64,000 nt of DNA. Origin: Chloroflexota bacterium. Its GTDB lineage: Bacteria > Chloroflexota > Dehalococcoidia > SHYD01. Made by a program: the position numbers and the translations under genes. Positions within the stretch are counted from its first letter, which is position 1; each line of letters begins with the position of its first letter. Below the pieces are notes generated by a model. It was given only the letters and a program-made list of their open reading frames with translations, ran no database searches and was not told where the DNA came from. This document shows, piece by piece, positions 30,313 through 38,186 of the stretch. The stretch covers positions 8,446 through 72,445 of the forward strand of contig JACPQN010000066.1 in the NCBI GenBank assembly GCA_016190485.1, written 5' to 3'.

Positions 30313-31107
30313 CTAACGCCCCGTAAACCGCGGAACCCTCTTCTCGCGGAACGCTTGCACCCCCTCGCGCCTGTCCTCTGATTCGGCCAGACCGGCGTTG
30401 AGCAGGCGCTCGTAGTCGGTGTAGGCGTCGAGTTCGAGGAGGACGGAACGGTTGACGCTGAGCTTCCATGCGGCGTAGTTCCTGGTCGGCCCTGAGGCGA
30501 GCTCGGCGACGAAGGAGGCCAGCTCGGATTCCCATGTCTCCGGCGGCCAGAGGCGGACAACGATTCCGAAGCGCTCCGCTTCGACCGCGTCGATCACCCG
30601 GCCGGTCATAAGCATGTCCATGGCGCGTGATTGTCCGATGAGCCGGGGGAGGAGGAGGCCGACGCCCTGATTCGCAAAGATGGCCTTCCCCGCCCTGATA
30701 TCGCCGATAAGGGCGTCGGAGCGCGCGACCCGGAAGTCGCAGGAGAGCGCCATGACCCAGCCGGCGCCATGGCAACGGCCGTTGAGGGCGGCGATGACCG
30801 GTTTGGGTGTGCTCAAGAGGGTCTTCACCATACGGTAGTGCGGACCGCGTTCGTTACTGGGGGTGGCAAGGGGAGGCCCAGGCCGCTCGCCCATGCCACC
30901 CACGATGTCGTCGCCCGAGCAGAAGGCCCGGCCGGCGCCAGTGATGACAATAACCCGGACGTCCGGGTCCCAACCGCACTCCTCTACGAAATCGGTGACG
31001 CCTTTGACCATCTTGAAGGTGAGGGCGTTGAGCTTATCCGGCCGATTCAGCGTGACCGTGGCGACGCCATCCTGTTTGTCGAACCTGAGGTCCGTGTAGT
31101 CCTCCAT
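30313..31107 (-). CDS. enoyl-CoA hydratase/isomerase family protein (ORF opens at 31326; ATG 31107 has a strong GAGGAGGAAGGGAG RBS)
   Basis: crotonase fold motifs GAGRAFCSGDD; C-terminal EKRxPxFxGR. Confidence 0.8.
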   Translation of the reverse strand: MEDYTDLRFDKQDGVATVTLNRPDKLNALTFKMVKGVTDFVEECGWDPDVRVIVITGAGRAFCSGDDIVGGMGERPGPPLATPSNERGPHYRMVKTLLSTPKPVIAALNGRCHGAGWVMALSCDFRVARSDALIGDIRAGKAIFANQGVGLLLPRLIGQSRAMDMLMTGRVIDAVEAERFGIVVRLWPPETWESELASFVAELASGPTRNYAAWKLSVNRSVLLELDAYTDYERLLNAGLAESEDRREGVQAFREKRVPRFTGR

Positions 31108-31369
31108 TGGCTGACTCCCTTCCTCCTCGCGCTGGCGCTCACTGGAGTTGAAGGCGACGGCCCGTCCCATGCTTTCGAATGACGATGGCGCCACTCGTGC
31201 CGCTGCAACTGGCAGGATCATAGCATAGGGGTAAAGTCCCATTCCAGCCACTAGCCGAGGACTGAGGACTGCTGGCCGTGGGGGTAGGGCAAGGGGTGGT
31301 GGCAGTGGGCGGTTGACAGGGGGCACTAGAACGCATATTCTTGCGGCAGCATAGGTTAGGAGGAGATGA

Positions 31370-32536
31370 GTGGCTTACAGCCCCGTTTACGATGCCCCTC
31401 CGTTCACTGATTTCGCTTCAGTAACGCCGGATACACGCCTAGAAGAGCTGAATCTGAACTGGCGGGAGCAGGACCTTCCAGAGGGATCCCGTACAAAGCA
31501 CGTCCATCGTCTCCATCCCTACCTGGGCAAATTCGTTCCTCAACTAGTCGAAATCTTCCTGAGGAAGTACCAACCAAGGGTTGTGTGTGACCCATTCTGT
31601 GGATCAGGAACGACGCTGGTTGAAGCCAACGCTATGGGCATAGATGCAATTGGGTGTGACATTTCTCCCTTCAATGTCTTACTTACGAAAGTCAAGACTG
31701 CCGAGTACAACATTGCCAAATTGGAAAAAGAAATCAAGGACATTGTTACGAGGATTACTCTTGCCTTGAAGCCAGGGCTTTTTGAAGGTGAGGTCGAAGA
31801 CACTGACAATGCATATTTGCGAAGCTGGTACGCGCAGCGAGCAAGGGTCCAGCTTCTTTTCTTTAAGTCCCTGATTCCACAGTACGAACATCAAGATCTT
31901 CTCAAAGTGATCCTTTCGAGAGCAGCACGGTCGGCTAGGCAAACCACCCATTTCGACTTGGATTTCCCAAAGCGGCCGCAGACAGAGGATTACTATTGCT
32001 ACAAACATGGGAGGACGTGCCAGCCCACGAGCGATGCGCTGGGCTTCTTGACTCGCTATTGCTGGGACACGCTTAGAAGGATACGCGCTTTCTCGGAACT
32101 GCGAACTCGTGCTGCTGTGCTCTATAAGTGTGACGACTCTCGTAACATGGAGTTCCCAGAAGTAGACATGATACTGACCTCCCCGCCGTATGTGGGACTC
32201 ATCGACTACCACGAACAACACCGCTATGCCTACGAGCTGCTTGAAATGCCCATGCAAGAGGAGCAAGAAATTGGCGCCGCAAAAAGAGGTGCCTCGGAAA
32301 CAGCTCAGCGTGCGTATATAGAGAATATAGGCACAGTGTTTCGGAACCTTCGCGAGGGACTGCCTGCAGATGGGGTAGCGGTTATAGTGGTGCATGACCG
32401 TCGCAGGCTCTATGAAGGATTGGCAGAACAACTTGGGTACCGACAAGAACTGGAGTTACGCCGGCATGTAAACCGACGTACAGGCCGGAGAGCGGGAGAT
32501 TTTTACGAAAGCGTGTTGGTGTGGCGGAAGACATAG
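31370..32536 (+). CDS. DNA amino-methyltransferase (N4-C or N6-A; motif I before TRD before motif IV = alpha-like order)
   Basis: motif I VVCDPFCGSGTT, motif IV TSPPY; GC clearly lower than flanks; AGGAGG RBS. Confidence 0.75.
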   Translation: MAYSPVYDAPPFTDFASVTPDTRLEELNLNWREQDLPEGSRTKHVHRLHPYLGKFVPQLVEIFLRKYQPRVVCDPFCGSGTTLVEANAMGIDAIGCDISPFNVLLTKVKTAEYNIAKLEKEIKDIVTRITLALKPGLFEGEVEDTDNAYLRSWYAQRARVQLLFFKSLIPQYEHQDLLKVILSRAARSARQTTHFDLDFPKRPQTEDYYCYKHGRTCQPTSDALGFLTRYCWDTLRRIRAFSELRTRAAVLYKCDDSRNMEFPEVDMILTSPPYVGLIDYHEQHRYAYELLEMPMQEEQEIGAAKRGASETAQRAYIENIGTVFRNLREGLPADGVAVIVVHDRRRLYEGLAEQLGYRQELELRRHVNRRTGRRAGDFYESVLVWRKT

Positions 32537-32663
32537 ACCCTGAGGCGCTCGCAACCAGCGTAGGTCAGTGTTTCAGCGCAGGACCAGACATAGGGAAGCG
32601 AATTGTCGAGGCATTCCAGCAGACCTTTGCCAACCTCTTGCACGCAGAGTGCAAGCAAAGCGG

Positions 32664-33269
32664 ATGCGAGAGATCATTAGGGACAAGAATCCTTATTTAT
32701 ATCGCGCCAGCGGCGTAAACACTTGCCAGGAAATAGTTCAGCGGGCGCTGCAAGACTACATTAGCGCTAGTGTGGAGAATAATTTTGGTGCCTTCTTTGA
32801 GGCGGTTGCTAGGATATTCTCAGGAGGGGTTAAGCCCGTTGGGGGTGGTGAGGTTGACCTGGATGTGCGGAAGGCTGATGTGGCTTTCCTCTATGCGATG
32901 AAGTCGGGATCGAAGGGCTTCAACTCGTCAAGCTACGACAAAGCCAGGCGCGACTTATTATCGGCAGAACGCAGGCTACGTCAGGACAAAGTGCGAACGG
33001 AGAAGCGGATTGCGTTTGCGTATGGCAAGAGACAGGAAACAGATAAAGATGGCATTATCCAGCTGACTAGTAAGGCTTTTTGGGGAGAAGTAAGTGGTGA
33101 TCCACTCTTCTATAAGAAGCTGTTAAATGCCTGCGCGCTGTTATCTCCTTTGTATACTGCTGATCTACAGGCACCCTATGACCGTCTATTGGAAGAAGCT
33201 CATTCGCTGTTTTGTGAAGAAGATGGAATTAACTGGGATAAAGTGCTGAAGTTAGTTTTTGGTGAGTAG
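32664..33269 (+). CDS. candidate Type II restriction endonuclease partner of the methyltransferase (start uncertain: ATG 32568 or 32664, or GTG 32521 in another frame with a frameshift)
   Basis: low-GC ORF immediately downstream of the MTase; GEVDLDV...AFLYAMKSG could be a D...(D/E)xK core; an overlapping frame-1 ORF 32521..32718 also reads protein-like, suggesting a possible frameshift. Confidence 0.35.
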   Translation: MREIIRDKNPYLYRASGVNTCQEIVQRALQDYISASVENNFGAFFEAVARIFSGGVKPVGGGEVDLDVRKADVAFLYAMKSGSKGFNSSSYDKARRDLLSAERRLRQDKVRTEKRIAFAYGKRQETDKDGIIQLTSKAFWGEVSGDPLFYKKLLNACALLSPLYTADLQAPYDRLLEEAHSLFCEEDGINWDKVLKLVFGE

Positions 33270-33271
33270 CT

Positions 33272-33298
33272 TCATGCGCATCCTGCACTTCGCTGACC
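33272..33298 (+). repeat. 27-bp direct repeat, copy 1 (tcATGCGCATCCTGCACTTCGCTGACC = duplicate of the sbcD start)
   Basis: identical 27 nt at 33272-33298 and 34143-34169. Confidence 0.9.
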
Positions 33299-33447
33299 CT
33301 CGTTCGTGGTCCGCCAGCCAGGTGCTCACTTCGTTCAGCATGACATACTAGGGCACCAGTTGAGGACGACCTGGATGTTATTACGTGGGGATATAAGCCT
33401 GCTCGTATGCAACTAGGACAACAGTAGCCAATGATAAAACGAAAGAG

Positions 33448-33714
33448 GTGGTAAAGATGGCCCGATGCATCGTTGACAGCTGCACGGACTTCGCGACCCA
33501 TAATATTGGTATTCGGCTACGGCGACTAAACACCTCGGCAGTATGGGCTCCCAATACCGACGCCTTTGTTTGCGATGCCCACGCGACTGCAGGATTCAGG
33601 ATTCAGATTTTACTCACACCAAACTCAACAGGAACAATCCGGACAGAAGTTAGTTCGGTTCCTCCAGGCAGGATAGTTCGACGAACGACTCCGATCATCC
33701 ATCCGGCGCAGTGA
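33448..33714 (+). CDS. hypothetical small Cys/His-containing protein
   Basis: 88 aa ORF in the low-GC segment, CIVDSC...CDAH; no confident family. Confidence 0.25.
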   Translation: MVKMARCIVDSCTDFATHNIGIRLRRLNTSAVWAPNTDAFVCDAHATAGFRIQILLTPNSTGTIRTEVSSVPPGRIVRRTTPIIHPAQ

Positions 33715-33851
33715 TTATTTGTGCAGGACGGATTATATATGCAAAGCCGGAAGCGCTTGCACTACCTATATGTGGTGGTGAAGGCGCTCGAGACCGATGC
33801 CTTTGTGCTGACCGCATACTTGACCGATAGAGTAAAGAGGGGAGTCCAGCT

Positions 33852-34055
33852 ATGGCCGGAAAACTCGTGAAGATCTGGTACGATCCCGAAGGTGACTATC
33901 TGGAGGTGATCTTCGAGCAAAAGGAGGGCTACTTCCGGGAGACGGCCAGCGACCAGGTGATGGAGAAGGTCGACGTGGAAGGTAATGTCCTCGGCTTCTC
34001 TATCTTGCGGGTGAGCGCTCTGAAACAGAAGCCGCTAGAAGTCGCCCTGTCCTGA
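33852..34055 (+). CDS. DUF2283 family small protein
   Basis: KIWYDPEGDYLEVIF pattern (YDxExDxLxI) typical of DUF2283; GGAG RBS. Confidence 0.55.
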   Translation: MAGKLVKIWYDPEGDYLEVIFEQKEGYFRETASDQVMEKVDVEGNVLGFSILRVSALKQKPLEVALS

Positions 34056-34092
34056 ACGGTAGATGCCGCATCCCGCCTTGGCCCGTCATTGA

Positions 34093-34139
34093 CAAGCCCT
34101 CACCCTTACCCTCTCCCAGAGGGAGAGGGAGGTAGCTAA
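34093..34139. repeat. hairpin repeat family copy 3 (CCTCACCCT-TA-CCCTCTCCC-aga-GGGAGAGGG)
   Basis: read directly; just upstream of sbcD. Confidence 0.8.
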
Positions 34140-34142
34140 GAG

Positions 34143-34169
34143 TCATGCGCATCCTGCACTTCGCTGACC
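34143..34169 (+). repeat. 27-bp direct repeat, copy 2 (authentic sbcD start)
   Basis: identical to 33272-33298. Confidence 0.9.
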
Positions 34170-35455
34170 TCCATATCGGGGTGGAGAACTACGGGCGGGT
34201 GGACCCTGCCACGGGCCTCTCCACCCGGCTGGGGGACTTCCTGCGGGCGCTGGACCAGGTGGTGGACTACGCGCTGGCCAACGAGGTGGACCTGGTGCTC
34301 TTCTGCGGCGACGCCTACAAGAGCCGGGATCCGTCCCAGACCCACCAGCGGGAGTTCGCCCGCCGCATCATGCGCCTGACGGGCGGGGGGGTGCCGGCCT
34401 TCCTGCTGGTGGGCAACCACGACCTTCCCTACGCGGCGGGGCGGGCCACGGCGCTGGACATCTACCAGACCCTGGGGGTGCCTGGCGTGACCGTGGGGCG
34501 GGAGCTGGGGACGCAGGTGGTGGAGAGCCGCCGCGGGGAGCGGCTCCAGATCGTGGCGGTGCCGTGGCTCAACCGGAGCTGGCTGCTGGCCCAGGAGGAG
34601 CACAAGAACCTGGCCGCCCGGCCCCTGAACGAGCTGATGGAGGAGAAGCTGCAGCGGGTGCTGCAGGTGGAGTTCTCCCGCCTGGATCCGGAGCTGCCGG
34701 CGGTGCTGGCGGGCCACCTGGCCCATGCCGAGGCGGTGCCGGGGTCGGAGCGCCGGATGACAGTGGGCAGCGACCCGGCGTTCCTCCTGAGCACCCTGAC
34801 GGACCCTGGCGGCCCTTCGACAAGCCCTTCGACAAGCTCAGGACACCGCTCAGGACGCGGCATGGTGGACTACGTGGCCCTGGGGCACATCCACAAGCAG
34901 CAGGCGCACCAGAGCCGGGGGGTGCCTGTGGTCTACGCCGGCAGCCTCCAGCGGGTGGACTTCGGCGAGGAGGAGGACCAGAAGGGCTTCTACGTGGTGG
35001 AGATCGATCCGGCGCGGCCCGCGGGGGAGAGGCTGCGCTCCTACGACTTCGTGCCAGTGGAGGCCCGGGCCTTTGTGACCATCCGGGTGCGGTCTCATAG
35101 TGGGAACCCCACGGAGGCGGCGCTGCGGGCCATCGCGCGGCGGGAGCGAGACATCCGGGACGCCATCGTCCAGGTGCAGGTGGAGCTGGCCGCAGGCCAG
35201 GAGGGCCTGCTGGACGACGCGGCCATCAGGCGCGCGCTGGCTTCAGCGCACTACATCGCAGGGATCAGCCGCGAGGCGCCGGACAGCCCGCGGCGGCGTC
35301 TGGGCGAGGTGAAGGTGGAGGAGCTGGCGCCGCTCCAGGCGCTGGAGCTGTACCTGCGGGCCCGGGAGACGCCGTCGGAGCGGACGCAGGCGCTGCTGGA
35401 GTACGGTCGCCGGCTTATTGAGTCGCCTGAGGCGGCCAGCGAGATGGCGCCCTGA
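34145..35455 (+). CDS. sbcD: exonuclease SbcD (Mre11-type phosphoesterase) carrying an in-frame minisatellite insertion
   Basis: MRILHFADLHIG, GDxYK, GNHD metallophosphoesterase motifs; insertion encodes GGPSTSPSTSSGHRSG at 34811-34857. Confidence 0.85.
   Translation: MRILHFADLHIGVENYGRVDPATGLSTRLGDFLRALDQVVDYALANEVDLVLFCGDAYKSRDPSQTHQREFARRIMRLTGGGVPAFLLVGNHDLPYAAGRATALDIYQTLGVPGVTVGRELGTQVVESRRGERLQIVAVPWLNRSWLLAQEEHKNLAARPLNELMEEKLQRVLQVEFSRLDPELPAVLAGHLAHAEAVPGSERRMTVGSDPAFLLSTLTDPGGPSTSPSTSSGHRSGRGMVDYVALGHIHKQQAHQSRGVPVVYAGSLQRVDFGEEEDQKGFYVVEIDPARPAGERLRSYDFVPVEARAFVTIRVRSHSGNPTEAALRAIARRERDIRDAIVQVQVELAAGQEGLLDDAAIRRALASAHYIAGISREAPDSPRRRLGEVKVEELAPLQALELYLRARETPSERTQALLEYGRRLIESPEAASEMAP
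34811..34857 (+). repeat. minisatellite (cccttcgacaag x2 + ctcaggacaccg units) inserted in frame in sbcD
   Basis: 12-bp units read directly; same units at 37001, 40461, 43512 and in reverse orientation intergenically. Confidence 0.85.
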
Positions 35456-36582
35456 TGCAGGGGGCCTTCCGCATCGCCCGCATCGCAGGGGTGGAGATCA
35501 GCGTCCACTACACCTGGCTCTTCGCCTTCTTTCTCATCACCTGGACCCTGGGGATCGGGTATTACCCCCATGAGCACCCTGGGTGGAGCCCGCTCCTCTA
35601 CTGGGTCGCGGGCGGGCTGTCGGCCCTGCTGCTTTTCGGGTCGGTGCTGCTGCACGAGCTGGCCCACTCCTTCATGGCCCTGGCCCGGGGACTGCCGGTG
35701 CAGGGCATCACCCTGTTCATCTTCGGTGGGGTCAGCTCCATCCAGATGGAGTCGCAGAGCGCGGGGGACGAGTTCATCATCTCTGCCGTGGGGCCGCTGA
35801 CCAGCCTGGCGCTGTCGGGCGGCTTCTGGACGCTGTCGTCGCTGCTGCCCAACGAGAGCGTGGCGGGGGCCATGCTCCAATACCTCACCTTCGTCAACGT
35901 GCTGCTAGCCGTGTTCAACCTGGTACCGGGGTTTCCGCTGGACGGCGGACGGCTGCTGCGGGCGGCGCTGTGGGGCATCACCGGCAGCCTGTCCAGGGCC
36001 ACCGGCATTGCGGCCCGGGTGGGCCAGATGGTGGCCTTCCTGCTCATCGTGTGGGGAGTCGTGCAGCTCTTCTCGGGCAACATCCTGGGTGGGCTGTGGA
36101 TCGCCTTCATCGGGTGGTTCCTCAACAGCGCGGCGGAGTCCAGCCGCCAGGAGGTGACCGCAGGCGAGCTGTTCCGCCGCTTGCGGGTGGGCGACCTGAT
36201 GGACCCGTCGCCGGAGACGGTACCCCCGGAGCTTTCGGTGGACGCCCTGGTGCGCGACTACATCCTGCGCCGGGGCTGGCGGGCCCTGCCGGTGTGCCAG
36301 GACCGGCGACTGCTAGGCATCGTGAGCTTGACAGACGTGCGGGAGGTGGAGGAGCCGCGCTGGCCCGCGACCCGCATCGAGGAGGTGATGACCCGCGCGC
36401 CGCTGTACACCGTGGCCCCCGGGACGGAGCTGATGGAGGCGCTGGATTTGCTGGCGGACCACCGCATCCATCAGGTGCTGGTGGTGGAGGACGGCCACCT
36501 GGTGGGGCTGCTGACCCGCAGCCACATCCTGGAGTACCTCCAGTTGCGGGAAGAGCTGGGCTTCCGGGGGGCGCGCCGCTAG
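35455..36582 (+). CDS. site-2 protease (M50) family zinc metalloprotease with tandem CBS domains
   Basis: HELAHSF (HExxH), LDGG motif, 6 TM segments, C-terminal CBS pair; start overlaps sbcD stop (TGATG). Confidence 0.8.
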   Translation: MQGAFRIARIAGVEISVHYTWLFAFFLITWTLGIGYYPHEHPGWSPLLYWVAGGLSALLLFGSVLLHELAHSFMALARGLPVQGITLFIFGGVSSIQMESQSAGDEFIISAVGPLTSLALSGGFWTLSSLLPNESVAGAMLQYLTFVNVLLAVFNLVPGFPLDGGRLLRAALWGITGSLSRATGIAARVGQMVAFLLIVWGVVQLFSGNILGGLWIAFIGWFLNSAAESSRQEVTAGELFRRLRVGDLMDPSPETVPPELSVDALVRDYILRRGWRALPVCQDRRLLGIVSLTDVREVEEPRWPATRIEEVMTRAPLYTVAPGTELMEALDLLADHRIHQVLVVEDGHLVGLLTRSHILEYLQLREELGFRGARR

Positions 36583-36605
36583 GGCGCAGGGCCGACGGGT
36601 CCGAC

Positions 36606-37406
36606 ATGGCTATGAAGGATGTCTCGCGGGCGCAGGCCGTGGTCTTCGACCTGGACGGCACCTTGGTGGACACCTATGCCATCAACCTGAAGGCCACGCA
36701 GCACGTCCTGCGGCAGTTCCTGGGGCGCCTGCCGCCGGAGGAGGAGGTGGCGCCCCACTACGGGGCGCCGCTGCGGGAGATCATGGCGCACTTCGCGCCG
36801 GGCCAGGAAGCGGCCATGGTGGCCGAGTTTGAGGCCTACTACCTGGAGCATCAGGAGGCGATGGTGCGGCCCTTTGCGGGCGTCTCCGAGATGCTGCGAG
36901 TGTTGCGGCAACGGGGTTATCCCCTGGCGATCCTCTCCAACAAGCGCAAAGAGCCGGGGCTGCGGGAGCTGCGGGCCTGCGGGCTGGCGGAGCACTTCCG
37001 CCCTTCGACAAGCCCTTCGACAAGCTCAGGACACCGCTCAGGACACCGCTCAGGACAGCGCTCAGGACGCAGCTCGGTGCTGTTCCTGGAGGACCTGCGG
37101 GCGCCCAAGCCGGCGCCGGAGGCGCTGCGGCAGTCCGCGGAGCTGCTGGGGGTAGACGTGCGGCGAGTGCTCTACGTGGGCGATAGCGTCCTGGACGTGC
37201 AGTGCGCCCGGAAGGCCGGCGCCCGGAGCGCGGCCGCGCTGTGGGCCGCCGGGGATGGTTCGGCTGGGCTCACCACAAGTGGTTCGGCTGGGCTCACCAC
37301 AAGCCGGGAGCGAGTGCTGGCCCAGGAGCCGGATCACGTGCTGACGTCGGTGGCGGAGCTGCTGGCGCTGTGCCCGCCACTGATCGGTGATCCGCGGGAG
37401 AGGTGA
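36606..37406 (+). CDS. HAD-superfamily hydrolase (phosphoglycolate-phosphatase-like) with two in-frame repeat insertions
   Basis: motif I FDLDGTLVDT, motif II ILSNK, motif IV GDSVLD; insert PSTSPSTSSGHRSGHRSGQRSG (37001-37070) and tandem 24-mer GSAGLTTS x2 (37256-37303). Confidence 0.75.
   Translation: MAMKDVSRAQAVVFDLDGTLVDTYAINLKATQHVLRQFLGRLPPEEEVAPHYGAPLREIMAHFAPGQEAAMVAEFEAYYLEHQEAMVRPFAGVSEMLRVLRQRGYPLAILSNKRKEPGLRELRACGLAEHFRPSTSPSTSSGHRSGHRSGQRSGRSSVLFLEDLRAPKPAPEALRQSAELLGVDVRRVLYVGDSVLDVQCARKAGARSAAALWAAGDGSAGLTTSGSAGLTTSRERVLAQEPDHVLTSVAELLALCPPLIGDPRER
37001..37070 (+). repeat. minisatellite insertion in HAD gene
   Basis: gcccttcgacaagcccttcgacaag + (ctcaggacaccg)x3-4. Confidence 0.85.
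37256..37303 (+). repeat. perfect 24-bp tandem duplication in HAD gene
   Basis: ggttcggctgggctcaccacaag(t/c) x2. Confidence 0.85.
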
Positions 37407-37445
37407 TGATATTCAGCCTAAGCCCGTCAGAAAGGCGAGCTGGGT

Positions 37446-37497
37446 AGATTTCACCCTCACCCTATCCCTCTCCCCTCGAGCCTCGAGGGCGAGGGAA
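37446..37497. repeat. hairpin repeat family copy 4 (TCACCCTCACCCT-AT-CCCTCTCCC-ctcgagcctcgag-GGCGAGGG-AAC)
   Basis: read directly; loop itself contains the palindrome CTCGAG..CTCGAG. Confidence 0.75.
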
Positions 37498-37735
37498 CCG
37501 CGAGGCGGCGTGCTAGCAACTCCCGCATTTGCCTACCCACCACGAGCACAGGGACGTTCATGGTGGGCTCATAATGCCACCACAAACTCAAGATTCTTAC
37601 GGCGGCGAGCCTAGCGAAAACAATTCCAACGAACTTTTGAAATTCGCCCAATTACGGAGCTAAGTCGATCCATAATGTGACGTGGGGTGATGATATCGGG
37701 ACAGGTGCATACAAAAGCGAACGAGGAGGGGAAAG

Positions 37736-38077
37736 ATGGAACCTCAGGAGTCTGGATTCAATGTTCAGCTTCAGTGGCGACAGAGGTGGCAATCCGGGCT
37801 TGGGCAAGCGGCTGAACAGGGTGAAAAATCGTCGACGCTTGGCATTTGCGGTAGGAAAGAACATCTCCAGTTGCGCTTCTATTCATCAGATTTTGCATCA
37901 GATTTTTCCGCCACCGCCCAGTTTTCTTGGCGACAAGTTATGCAAGCTTTGATTAACAATAACCCTGGCCTCTTTGGAGTTCTTGAAGAGCCACTCCATC
38001 ACGTCTTCGCCGATGCACTGATAGAAATGGGGTTTGAAGTGCCCGGCTTCCCACCGGAAGATGACGACGATTTCTAG
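37736..38077 (+). CDS. hypothetical small protein with acidic C-terminus (EDDDDF)
   Basis: 113 aa ORF in an AT-rich (about 50% GC) island, GGAGG RBS. Confidence 0.3.
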   Translation: MEPQESGFNVQLQWRQRWQSGLGQAAEQGEKSSTLGICGRKEHLQLRFYSSDFASDFSATAQFSWRQVMQALINNNPGLFGVLEEPLHHVFADALIEMGFEVPGFPPEDDDDF

Positions 38078-38186
38078 AAAGACGCGGCAACACCGTAGAA
38101 ATGCTCATAGCGCTTGAGGTCTCTTTTCAAGAAAGGCTCGCTCGAATATCTTTCTTGCAGGCCTCGCGCGGAAAGGGAGAACTACT

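Noticed and set aside
33448-34055. DUF4258/DUF2283 toxin-antitoxin pair
   Set aside because: Only the DUF2283-like ORF fits its family. The upstream 88-aa ORF does not resemble DUF4258, so a TA call is unsupported.
35583-37406. 607-aa ORF suggesting one long protein
   Set aside because: The frame is open only because of GC richness. It runs out of frame through the S2P gene, and the recognisable HAD motifs begin at ATG 36606, which is used as the start.
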